Assembly: GCA_038087875.1 (NCBI GenBank)
Contig: CM075996.1
Span: forward strand, 4,280,001 to 4,344,000
Length of the DNA: 64,000 nucleotides
Reading direction: 5' to 3'
Source: Malacoraja senta
Taxonomy: Eukaryota
The notes beneath the pieces are model-generated. The model did not search any database. It was given only the letters and a program-made list of their open reading frames with translations, and was not told where the DNA came from. Positions 53,511 through 64,000 of this stretch are shown here, one piece after another (within the stretch, counting starts at the first letter, position 1; every line of letters starts with the position of its first letter). The translations under genes and the position numbers were made by a program.

Positions 53511-54225
53511 GTCAGCGCTCACACCTCTTGCAGAATAAATGCTGTGCTTGTTGAGTAACCTTTTGCTTTGGAATCCTCTTTCGCCATCTCGCCTCGCCCA
53601 TGGCTGAAGTCCTCCTGGTCAGCAGGTGAGCTCATGGACAGGTCTGCCTGCCCAGCCCCAGCTCAGCTAGGTCCCGGTTCCAAATCAACTTGGTAAAATA
53701 TGTTCCCTTTCCCCACAGTGCTCTGGGTCTGACGTTTTATAAACATAACAAAAGGGAAAAGCCTTCAGTCGAGTACCCAGCAAGAAGAGGCCTCCGAATG
53801 GAGGTAGATGGACCACTCAGGAGACTTCAGTCCAACATGTCCTGTCTCACACTGTTCCTTGGGGTCACTGTGGTTTACGCTGGACTTTCGAAGAGTCTCC
53901 CTGGTTTTGGTTGCCATCTGAACAGTGGAAGAAAGTGTATTAACAACGGATTTTCATACTTTCCCTCACGACATTAACTATTCATACCTTAAAAGTCACA
54001 ATTTAAAATAATAAGCAGATTGGGAACTGTAGAGGAAAGCTACCTTACCTTATGACGCAGGAGACAGCCATTTGGCCCATTGGCCCTGCCAGCCCCCAAT
54101 CCCCTTGGCCACTGCAGTCCCGCACCTTACTTCTCTCTCAATGCCTAGCAACTCCCTTAAGATTCTATATGCTCACTATGCCATGGCAAGATTGGTATTT
54201 TTTTGACACAGTGAGAATTGCAGAG

Positions 54226-54640
54226 GTAACTTTGAGGGTATGAGACGTGAATTGGCCAAGATAGACTGGCAATTGATTCTTAAAGAGTTGACGGTGGAAA
54301 TGCAATGGAAGGCATTTAAAGGCTGCATGGATGAACTACAACAATTGTTCATCCCAGTTTGGCAAAAGAATAAATCAGGGACGGTAGTGCATCCGTGGAT
54401 AACAAGGGAAATCAGAGATAGTATCAAAACAAAAGATGAAGCATACAAATTAGCCAGAAAAAGCAGCCTACCAGAGGACTGGGAGAAATTCAGAGTCCAG
54501 CAGAGGAGGACAAAGGGTTTAATTAGGAAAGGGAAAATAGATTGTGAAAGAAAACCGGCAGGGAACATAAAAACTGACTGCAAAAGTTTTTATAGATATG
54601 TGAAGAGAAAAAGATTAGTTAAAACAAATGTAGGTCCCTT
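54226..54640 (+). mobile_element. CR1 ORF2 internal fragment (EN-RT linker)
   Basis: ORF 54240-54647 MRRELAKIDW...KSFYRYVKRKR. Confidence 0.85.
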
Positions 54641-54910
54641 GCGGTAGAGTTGCTGCCTTGCAGCGCCAGAGACCCGGGTTCGATCCCGACTACGGGTGCT
54701 GCTTGTACGTTCTCTCCGTGACTAGCGTGGGTTTTCTCCGAGATCTTCGGTTTCCTCTCACATTCCAAAGAAGTACAGGTTTGTAGGTTAATTGGCTTGA
54801 TACAAGTGTAAATTGTCCCTCGTGTGTGTTGGTGTGCGGGGATGGCTGGTCGGTGCGGACTCGGTGGGCCAAAGGGCCTGTTTCCGCGCTGTATCTCTAA
54901 ACTAAACTAA
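54641..54910 (+). mobile_element. HE1/V-SINE-like element
   Basis: GGTTCGATCCC B box; CTAAACTAAA tail. Confidence 0.78.
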
Positions 54911-55278
54911 ATCAATATTCATACTGCTGGAACAGCACCTCACATTTCGCTTGGGCAGCTTATAACCCAGCGGTATGTGTGACCCATTCCTTCTCTCCAG
55001 AAATGCTGCCTGTCCAGCTGAGTTACTCCAGCATTTTGTGCCTATCTTCGATGTCAATCCACAATCTGCAGCTCCTTCCTTTCACATTTCATCCTTGAAG
55101 CCCTGCTGACAACTGGCTAGGAATGGCAGATTAATAAAAAAAAACAGGAAATGCAGCAAACCGTCGCTGGTTAGTTCTGAGAAGCGATTTGAGAGATGGA
55201 TGTTGTTAGATGAACTGAAATGACAAGAAGGATAGCCTTCTACTGTCATAAATAAAAACAACTGTCCCGATTTGCAGA

Positions 55279-55478
55279 NNNNNNNNNNNNNNNNNNNNNN
55301 NNNNNNNNNNNNNNNNNNNNNNNNNNNNNNNNNNNNNNNNNNNNNNNNNNNNNNNNNNNNNNNNNNNNNNNNNNNNNNNNNNNNNNNNNNNNNNNNNNNN
55401 NNNNNNNNNNNNNNNNNNNNNNNNNNNNNNNNNNNNNNNNNNNNNNNNNNNNNNNNNNNNNNNNNNNNNNNNNNNNNN
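55279..55478. other. Assembly gap (200 N)
   Basis: Run of N. Confidence 1.
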
Positions 55479-55889
55479 AAGGGCCTGTTTCCACATCGTA
55501 TGACTCTGTAGAACAGAGGTGACAATCACAGTGAACTAGGTAACCGTGACCTTTATGTCAGACATGAGCTTCTTATTTTGTTTTGTTTTTGACTCTCAAT
55601 GTAAAGCGACTTTGAGTCCTTGAAAAGCGCTATATAAATAAAATGTATTATTATTATTATTAATCATTGAACGTATTTCTCTGCGGATGGTCAAAGACTG
55701 CTACGCAGGAAGGGTTGGTGCATTCTTTGTTGTAAAAGACCAGTTCACACCCCGACATCCATGAACTCACTGACTGTTCTCTGTACAAAAGCAAATGGTT
55801 TTGAAATCCTCATCTCAGTTTTCATACCAATGACTTAAATCATTGCAACTACCCCCAGTCCTATAACACTCAAGACTTTTAAATTTAAT

Positions 55890-56140
55890 TAACATTGACT
55901 TCTCCAATTTCAGGTAGTCCTTGCTTTCTCCCACCTTCCCCTCCCCTTCCCAGCTCTCCCACAGCCCACTGTCTCCGCCTCTTCCTTTCTTCTTCCCGCA
56001 CCCCCCCCCCCCCCACATCAGTCTGAAGAAGGGTCTCGACCCGAAACGTCACCTATTCCTTCACTCCATAGATGCTGCCTCACCCGCTGAGTTTCTCCAG
56101 CATTTTTGTCTACCTTCGATTTTTCCAGTTCTTTCTTAAA
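55890..56140 (+). mobile_element. Penelope-like 3' end with hammerhead-like core CTGAAGA-A-GGGTC TC GACCC-GAAAC-GTC (56023-56050)
   Basis: NIDFSNF remnant followed by the pseudo-LTR repeat. Confidence 0.75.
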
Positions 56141-56222
56141 GACTTTAATGACCTATTATTTGAAGCTTTGGGCAGCACTTGGCAGAGAGCATTTGGGGGA
56201 AAAGGTGGAAGAGTACACGTAC

Positions 56223-56341
56223 TTGGCAAACCGGGCCTGTGTATGTGCTTGGAGCTCCTCCTGGTATTTTATCAGCTGTACCGGCATTGCATTTGCCACC
56301 GCTTCCTTCAGTTGCTGAGTAGGATCACGCAACCGCTCATC
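56223..56341 (-). pseudogene. Ubinuclein-like exon ([40 protein letters not shown]), locally open frame
   Basis: ORF 56156-56422; TTGCAG acceptor, GTACGT donor; continues the UBN domain from the 60.5-kb exon. Confidence 0.8.
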
Positions 56342-56419
56342 CTGCAAAGGCAACACAGACATCGAGAAAGGAATACAACTATTTCCATCTTGCATTTCAG
56401 GATTCAGCACCTCCCACAG

Positions 56420-57372
56420 CAAGGCAAGGCAAGTTTATTTGTATAGCACCTTTCAACCACAAGGTAATTCAAAGTGCTTTACATAAAACATTTAAAGCAT
56501 TTGAAAGAAACACATATAAAATGACATTTAGATATAAAATGATTATTAGATTATTCAGATAAAATAATTACAAAATTAAAAACAATCAAATAAAATATTT
56601 AAAATAGAATAAAACCAGGAATAGAAGTTACAGTGCAGTATAGGTAATTAATAAATTGTATTGTTTACTGAAAGGCAGCGGCAAACAGAAAAGTCTTCAG
56701 TCTAGATTTAAAAGAGCTGAGAGTTGCAGCAGACCTGCAGTTTTCTGGGAGTTTGTTCCAGATATGTGGTGCATAAAAACTAAATGCTGCCTCTCCATGT
56801 TTAGTTCTGACTCTGGGGACACAGAGCAGACTTGTCCCAGACGATCTGAGAGGTCTGGGTGGTTCGTAGCTAAGCAGAAGATCAGAAATGTATTTTGGCC
56901 CTAAACCATTCAGTGCTTTGTAAACCAACAGTAGTATTTTGAAATCAATTCTTTGACAGACAGGAAGCCAGTGTAAAGACCTCAGAACTGGAGTAATGTG
57001 ATCTACTTTTTTGGTCTTAGTGAGGACTCGAGCAGCAGCGTTCTGAATTAACTGCAGCTGTCTGATCGACTTTTTAGGGAGACCTGTAAAGACACTGTTA
57101 CAGTAGTCGAGCCTGCTGAAGAGATAAATGCATGGACAAGTTTTTCCAAATCCTGCTGAGACATAAGTCCTTTAATCCTTGATATATTCCTTAGGTGATA
57201 GTAGGCTGACTTTGTGACTGTTTTTATGTGGCTGTTGAAGTTCAGGTCTGAGTCCATGACTACTCCTAAGTTTCTGGCTTGGTTTGTTGTTTTTAGCATT
57301 ACCATTTGAAGCTGGGTGCTAACTTTTAATCGTTCTTCCTTGGCTCCAAAAACAATTATTTCAGTTTTTTCA
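56420..57372 (-). mobile_element. L2-clade LINE 3' part with (CCTTG)n tail
   Basis: ORFs 57048-57449 and 56665-56928 ([47 protein letters not shown]). Confidence 0.88.
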
Positions 57373-57459
57373 GCACAGCCAATGAAGTGATTTTGAAGTA
57401 CGGGTGCTGTTATACTGGGTGAAACATGGTGGCCAACGTGCACCCACAAACAACGAGGT

Positions 57460-57760
57460 TTCGTTTAGAGATACAGCGTGGAAACAGTCCCTTCGGCCCA
57501 CCGAGTCCGCGCTGACCAACGATCCCCTCACATTAACACGACCCTACGCATGCTCGGGACAATTTTACATTTATATCATGCCAATTAACATACGAACCTG
57601 TACGTCTTAGGAGAGTGAGAGGAAACCAAAGATCTCGGACAAAACCCACGCAGGTCTCGGGGTGAACGTAAAACTCTGTAAAGACACGCACCCGTAGTCA
57701 TGATCGAACCCGGGTCTCTGGTGCTGTAAGACAATAGTTCTACCGCTGCGCCACCGTGCC
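57460..57760 (-). mobile_element. HE1/V-SINE-like element
   Basis: Reverse complement of the same SINE. Confidence 0.75.
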
Positions 57761-58865
57761 TCCCTTTAAATTTTATTATTAATCATCTTGATTCATTTTT
57801 AATTGATTATTACTGATTGCCAGAGGCATTGACAAAGGTCAATGCCAAGTTGTCAATGTTCAAGAACAAAGGAGGTTGCAGAAAGTGGTGGACATTGCCC
57901 CGTTTATTACAGGTACTGACTTTCTCACCAAAGCATCGACAGGAAGCATGGCGTGGCAACATGGTGGCACAAGAGTGGCAACATGGCGGTGTAACTACTG
58001 CCTTATAGCGCCAGACACGACTTGACTCTGACTACTGGTGCTGGTCTGTACGGAGTTTGTACGTTCTCCCCGTGACCTGCGTGGGTTTTCTCCGAGATCT
58101 TCGGTTTCCTCTCCACTCCAAAGACGCATAAGTCTGTAGGTTAATTGGCTTGGTATAAAGGTACAATTGTCCCTAGTGTGTGCAGGGTTGCGGGGATCGC
58201 TGGTCAGTGCGGACTCGGTGAGCCAAAGGGCCTGTTTCCACGCTGTATCTCTAAACTAAAGGCAGCTAATTGCATCAAAGACCTACACCAGCCTAGCCAT
58301 GCTCACATCTCACTGCTGCCATTGGGAAGAAGGTAAAGGAGCTTGAGAACTGTTCAAGGTTCTAGGTTCATGAGCAGTTTCTTACCATCAACCATCAGTT
58401 TCTTGAACCACCCTGCACAACCATGACTATGGAATGAGTGTGAATGGGTGATTGATGGTCAGCATATACTCGGAGGGCAGAAGGGCCTGTTTCCCCAAAA
58501 CTCAACTAAAGAAGACGGCCTCAGTGGTGAAACAGGCGGAGGATTGTGGCTGACCAGTGGGTGACACACCACAATGGTTGAGATGGCGGAAGGAGACTGC
58601 AGCAGGGAGAGACGCCTAACCATTGTGGAGTCCATGCTGTGGAACCTCGGACCAACCTGTCAAGGCTGTCTCTGTACCAGTCTCCCAACATTACAATGTG
58701 CCACTCACAGGGGAATACCACATGCACATCCCTGGAACCAACAGCAAGAACCCACCAGAAGGACAATCATACTCGACATCGAGGGATCACCAATGATGAT
58801 ACATAATTATAAAATTATTTAAATTATATAATAATAAAATAATAAAATTAACAATAATAAAACTG

Positions 58866-59237
58866 CATAAGATTGTTAAGGGCTTGGACACAATACAGGC
58901 AGGAAACATGTTCCCGATGTTGGGGGAGTCCAGAACCAGGGGCCACAGTTTAAGAATAAGGAGTAAGCCATTTAGAACGGAGACGAGAAAACACTTTTTC
59001 TCACAGAGAGTGGTGAGCCTGTGGAATTCTCTGCCTCAGAGGGTGGTGGAGGCAGGTTCTCAGGATGCTTTCAAGAGAGAGCTAGATAGGGCTCTTAAAA
59101 ATAGCGGAGTCAGGGGATATGGGGAGAAGGCAGGAACAGGATACTGATTGGGAATGATCAGCCATGATCACATTGAATGGCCGTGCTGGCTCGAAGGGAC
59201 AAATGGCCTACTCCTGCACCTATTGTCTATTGTCTAT
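58866..59237 (+). mobile_element. CR1-type LINE 3' end
   Basis: ORF 58884-59147. Confidence 0.88.
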
Positions 59238-60461
59238 AAACAATTTCAATATCAATGCCAGAGATGTGAATAGTCAGTTCATAGATAACACAAAAAATGT
59301 AGGCCACGAGGAGAGTGGTCTTGGTATACAATGATAACAATCAGTTGATTAGATGGGCAAAGCGGCGGCAGATGAAATTTAATCCTGATAAGGTGATGTA
59401 CTGAAGAGGATGAATAAGGCTAAGATGTAGTCAATGAATGGAATGCCCCAGTGGTTCTGAGGAACAGAGGGAAGCCAGAAAAAGCTGGAGTAACTCAGCC
59501 GGTCAGGCAGCATCTCTGGAGAAAAGAATAGGTAGATGTTTCGGGTCGAGACCCTTCTTCAGACTGAACAGAAGGACTATAGTTTACATGTCCTAGGATC
59601 GCTGAAGTTGGTAGCATTGGTAGAGAAGTTGGTTGAAGAGACAGGTAAGATGGTTAAGACGGCCTATGTGATAGTTGCCTTCAACTGCTGGGATATGGAA
59701 TATGGCAGCAGAGACCATAACCGCTATATAAAACAAGGGTAAGGCCACAGGAGGAGCTGCATGTGCAGTTCTAATCTCCACACAGTAGCATGTGGATCAC
59801 ACTGGAAATAATGCAGGGCTACCAGGATGCTACCGGAGATAGAACTCTTCGGTCATGAGGAAAGCCTCCGTAGGCTGGATTTGTTTTCGTTGGAACAGGG
59901 GAGACTGAAGAGAGCAGTAGGGAAAATTACGAGGAACACAGAGAGGGTAGAAAGTGGAAAAACACTCCCCCTTAACACAGGTGCCTAAAACAGAAATCTT
60001 AAGTTTTAATGAGGTTTAAAGGGTTTCTGAGGAAGAACGTTTGCTCCCAGAGGTCGTTTGTATCATGGAACACATACGATGAGCATTCGAATTGCCGCAG
60101 CATAGGCTTTGAGCTCAAGTGCTAGAAAATGGGATTAGCATTGACAGGCATGGACATGTGGACTTAAAAGACTGTTTCTATTCTGCATGACTTTAACTTA
60201 CATACTCAATTGCCTTTTGAAAGCAACAAAAATATCCACTTCTTATGCATTTCATTAATTCTCTGTGGAAATTTCTCTTGAGTTTCCTCCCTCCGGGTCT
60301 TTTGCCAACTCCTTTGAATTCTTAACGGGCACGGTGGCCTTGCCAACTGCATCTCTTCTTTGAACTTGTTTTATTAGGGAGGGAATGTACACAAAACAAA
60401 ATTGCCTGCCCTTGGAAAACACAAACAAACTTCTGTTTGTTTGTTCTTGAGCTTTATGTAC

Positions 60462-60587
60462 CTGCTCATTGAGGTGTAGCTTCTTCAGACGTTTCATTAG
60501 CGTGTCCTTGCTGGCAAGAAGGAAGCCAGATAGCTATACACTCCAGAACGCTGAGTCAGGTTTAGCTCCTGCACCTGCAATTCAATT
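60462..60587 (-). pseudogene. Ubinuclein-like exon (IELQVQELNLTQRSGVYSYLASFL / SKDTLMKRLKKLHLNEQ) with an apparent 4-nt deletion
   Basis: AG/GT; RSGVY..L..F and KRLKKLHLN are ubinuclein signatures; frame break gives an in-frame TAA. Confidence 0.8.
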
Positions 60588-61300
60588 CTGCACAGACATA
60601 CCGGATGGTTAGCCCCATGGCGTCAATAATAAAACCTGCATCCAGCAATGCCCCCACCCTCCAACTCCCACAACATACGTGGCTTCTTGCCTAAGCAGCT
60701 TTGGTTCAAAATCCGAGCTTACTGTCTCGCTGAATTTGTCATCTTCAGAGTGCGCAGTGAAGGAGAAGTCACCACATAGTATTTGAGCAGTCTCCAAGTT
60801 TTAGCCTAGTCGTACACTGTGGAAACAGACTCTTGAGCCCAACTTGCATATGCTGAGATGTCCCATCTACTCTAGTCCCACATGCCCACGTTGGCCCATA
60901 TCCCTCTAAACCTTTCCTATGCAAATACCTGTCCAAATATCGGTTAGGTGCTGTTATGGTACCTACCTCAACTACCTCCTCTGACACCTCTTCTATATTC
61001 CCACCACTCACTGTGCGAAAAAGATGCCCCTCAGTTTTAGCATATTTAGCATCTTTTATGTTTGCACAATAATGGTTTTGGACAACCTGATGTCTTGAGC
61101 CATTTCATTAGGTCGTGCCATATACCGTGGCAGTATTAACATTATCCACCAACATGAACATAGACAGCGCAGAAGCACGCCCTTCAGCCACAACATCTCT
61201 GCGTCATTCTCTAAAATTCTATTAACTTTATTGTGTGAAAATTGTAAAGCAAGGGTCTTGCTTGCGATCTTATACGTTTGAAGAATGCAAAATTACTTAC

Positions 61301-61372
61301 TCTAGCAGGATAGTGTTGATGTCTGAGGTGAAGAATTTCTTTTTTTCCTTCCCCTTCAGAAACTTTGCCAAC
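61301..61372 (-). pseudogene. Ubinuclein-like exon (VGKVSEGEGK / KKFFTSDINTILLE) with a +1 frameshift in an A7 run
   Basis: CAG acceptor, GTAAGT donor; KKFFTxDINxILL matches the UBN1/UBN2 middle domain. Confidence 0.75.
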
Positions 61373-61915
61373 CTGAGTAAACAAATGTCAGTTTTAAAGA
61401 AGGTAGACAAAAATGCTGGAGAAACTCCTCTATGGAGCGAAGGAAATAGGCAAAGTTTCGGGTCGAGACCCTTCTTCAGTTTTAAAGATGCAGATTATCA
61501 AGAGTGTTTCATTTTTATATGTACAAACACAACACTGAAATTCTAACTTGCAGCAGCTTAACAGGCTTGTAAGCGCAATGTAAACTGATAAATAAAACAT
61601 TCAATATATTCAATAAATTGATAACCGTAATAACAAAAACAAAATGGACATCCATAGTTCACTGAAAGTCGCAGTGTTAAACGCATAGGCTACCTTATAA
61701 TAAGTTTCTGGATATTAACTATCTAATTTATAGTTAGAATCCAGGCCCAAAATTTCCAATTGGTCACCGTAGATTTTAATATAGGAGTGCAATAATGTCA
61801 TATAATTTCAGTGTGTTTTCACAGTATTTTGTTACACAGTTACAGTATTTTCACGACAATATACAATCTCCAGTTTCATACCCAACAAGTTGTGCAACAT
61901 TTAAAAAAAGTCTTA

Positions 61916-62222
61916 AGGGCCTGTCCCACTATACGAGTTTACCCAAAAGCTCTCCCGAGTTTTAAAAAAAATCAAACTCGTGGTAAGTACATAGAATGAA
62001 CGTAGCGGGTACGTCGGAGCTCGGGACGTCTCTTAGCGGCTCGTAACGTTAACGGCAGGGACTTGGGAAATGCGGTAAGCTCGGGATGTTTTTTCAACAT
62101 GTTGAAAAATGTCCACGAGAGCCCCGAGTACCTACGAGCGGCTATTACCGTAATTCTCCGAGTTCGATTCAGGGGAAACTCGGGAGAACCCTTGAATTAC
62201 CTCGTACAGTGGGACAGGCCCT
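61916..62222. mobile_element. PIF/Harbinger-type MITE
   Basis: TIR AGGGCCTGTCCCACT.TACGAG; TTA TSD. Confidence 0.85.
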
Positions 62223-63821
62223 TTAAAACAATAAGCGTCGACTACTCGCACAAGATGTTTTGGAATTGTCTGGATACTCCAGGAACAGTGCAACAGATCA
62301 GTGGCGCACGAACCCTCTCTATCAGTAGCCATGAAGTAAAAATCCATGCTAATGCTTGTTCAGAACCAAGACTGTATACTGTCTTAGAAGGTGTACTGTT
62401 CCACATAGGTGCTCTGCGTCCACATGTCACAAACCTGACAAGGTTCAGGACTACAGCTGGAGATAAGAATAAAAAAGAGGCTCCTAGCTGAACTTCAGTG
62501 ACTGTAATCAACGATACGATAGGATAAATCTTTACTCATCGCCGGAGGGAATTTGGTCTGCCAACAGTCACAACACACAACAAGGTACACGAAAGCTTGA
62601 AATTAAAATTAAATTAAGAGTGAGGGAGAAAAAAAGAAAAAGACAAGCGACTGTTGGCTGGTTGCGTGTGTACGGCGCCTTCACCAAAACAAACAAACAA
62701 ACAAATGCAGGCTTATCCCCAGGGCAGAGGATTGTAAAGCTAGAGTGCCCCCCCCCACCCCCAGCCCCACACCGGGCCCCCCTTTGTTCACCCACCGTCC
62801 CTCATGGCGGTCCCCCCATGCCGTGTCCTCCATTATTCTTCACAGCGGTCCCGCCACGCCCCATTGTCATTCCCTCCTCCCCTCACACTCATCAACCGTC
62901 GATCACGAGGCCCCACCACCGTCGAGGTTCTCGTTGCCGCCGAAGCTCACACTGCCGCCGAGGTCCCACCACTGCCTACGTCGAGGCTCCCATCGCTGCA
63001 GCCGCTGAAGCTCCTTTGGCCCAGACAGGCCTCGCTGCCCAGCTTCTCCGCAGTCCCCTGGGAGGCCTGTTGGGCGAGTCGCAGGCAGCGCAGTAGTTCC
63101 CCGGGACACTCACGCTAGACACAAAATGCTTGAATAATCGCTGAGTTACTCCAGTCTATATATATGCCTCTACTCACTTAATCTGCCATTACTGCCCCAC
63201 AACATGGCACAACATCTTTCACTGCCTCAAACTGTGCTGAAATAATAGTCATACACACAGAAACAGGCCCTTTAACCTATCTGAGTGCCCATAACATGTC
63301 ACAGCTTTATAACATCCCAGAGGCAGTACCTAGGTTTATCAGTGAAACCCTTGAGGTAAGATGTAGAAGCAAAGAACTGCAGAAGATGGATTATACACAA
63401 GACAGACACAAAGTGCTGGAGTAACTCAGCATGTCAGGTAGCATCTCTGGAGAAAAACGCTGCATGATGTTTCGGGTCGGGGCCCTTCTTCAGTCTGAAG
63501 AAGGATCCTGACCCAAAACTTCACCCATCCTTTTACTCCTGACCCGCTGAGTTACTCCAGCAATTTGTGTCTATCTATGAGATAACGCTCCGGTTTTGGT
63601 CCATCACTTTGTTAACAGGAAGGAACGTTTAAGCTATATTGACTAGGAACTAGATGGTCTCTTTCCAACAGACAGAAGCTTCTTGGACACGATGACTGAC
63701 ACACTAATCCCACTTTTCCTCTCGTGTCTCCGTCAACTCCAATCTTGGGGCAGTTTAGTGACCAGTTAATCTACCGACCAGTTTGTCTTTGGGCCGTGTG
63801 AGGAAACTGGAGCAGCTGGGT

Positions 63822-63857
<36 letters not shown>

Positions 63858-64000
63858 TTGCTGTCACAGGGAGAACATGCAAACATCACAGACAGCACCA
63901 AAGGTTCGGACAACATTTGGAGTTGCTGCCTGATATTACTGCCACAGGAGGCAAAACTTCCAATAGAAATGTAGCAAAAAATTTCAAAGCAGTGTACTTA

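Noticed and set aside
52876..53538. 220-aa Pro/Ser-rich ORF
   Set aside because: Low-complexity C-rich DNA
60679..60775. Possible extra minus-strand exon (DFSFTAHSEDDKFSE...)
   Set aside because: Lies between two exons that are consecutive in ubinuclein; no homology and no clear acceptor
62620..63118. Pro/Arg/Ala-rich ORFs with ~21-nt degenerate repeats
   Set aside because: Adjacent to a LINE-like 3' tail; most likely retroelement UTR

Overview
Vertebrate genomic DNA, most likely from a cartilaginous fish (skate/ray/shark-like: HE1-type SINEs, CR1 LINEs, Penelope-derived repeats), in three contigs separated by two 200-N gaps (17059-17258, 55279-55478). Contig 1 holds eight internal coding exons of an AP-2 alpha-adaptin gene (AP2A1-like, minus strand). 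Contig 2 holds the 3' part of SLC25A38 and a complete RPSA gene with a TOP promoter and three intronic SNORA6/SNORA62-family H/ACA snoRNAs. Contig 3 holds three frameshifted exons of a ubinuclein (UBN1/2-like) gene on the minus strand. The rest is dense mobile DNA: two Tc1 elements, four Harbinger-type MITEs, two hAT MITEs, CR1/L2/Rex1-like LINE ends, SINEs and many Penelope-derived fold-back inserts with hammerhead-like cores. The most notable observation is a ~150-bp retroposon (two copies, both with TSDs) whose 5' end is exactly G1 of a compact HDV-like ribozyme fold, with a covarying P2 base pair between copies. Comparisons to human genes are from memory, not from alignments run here.
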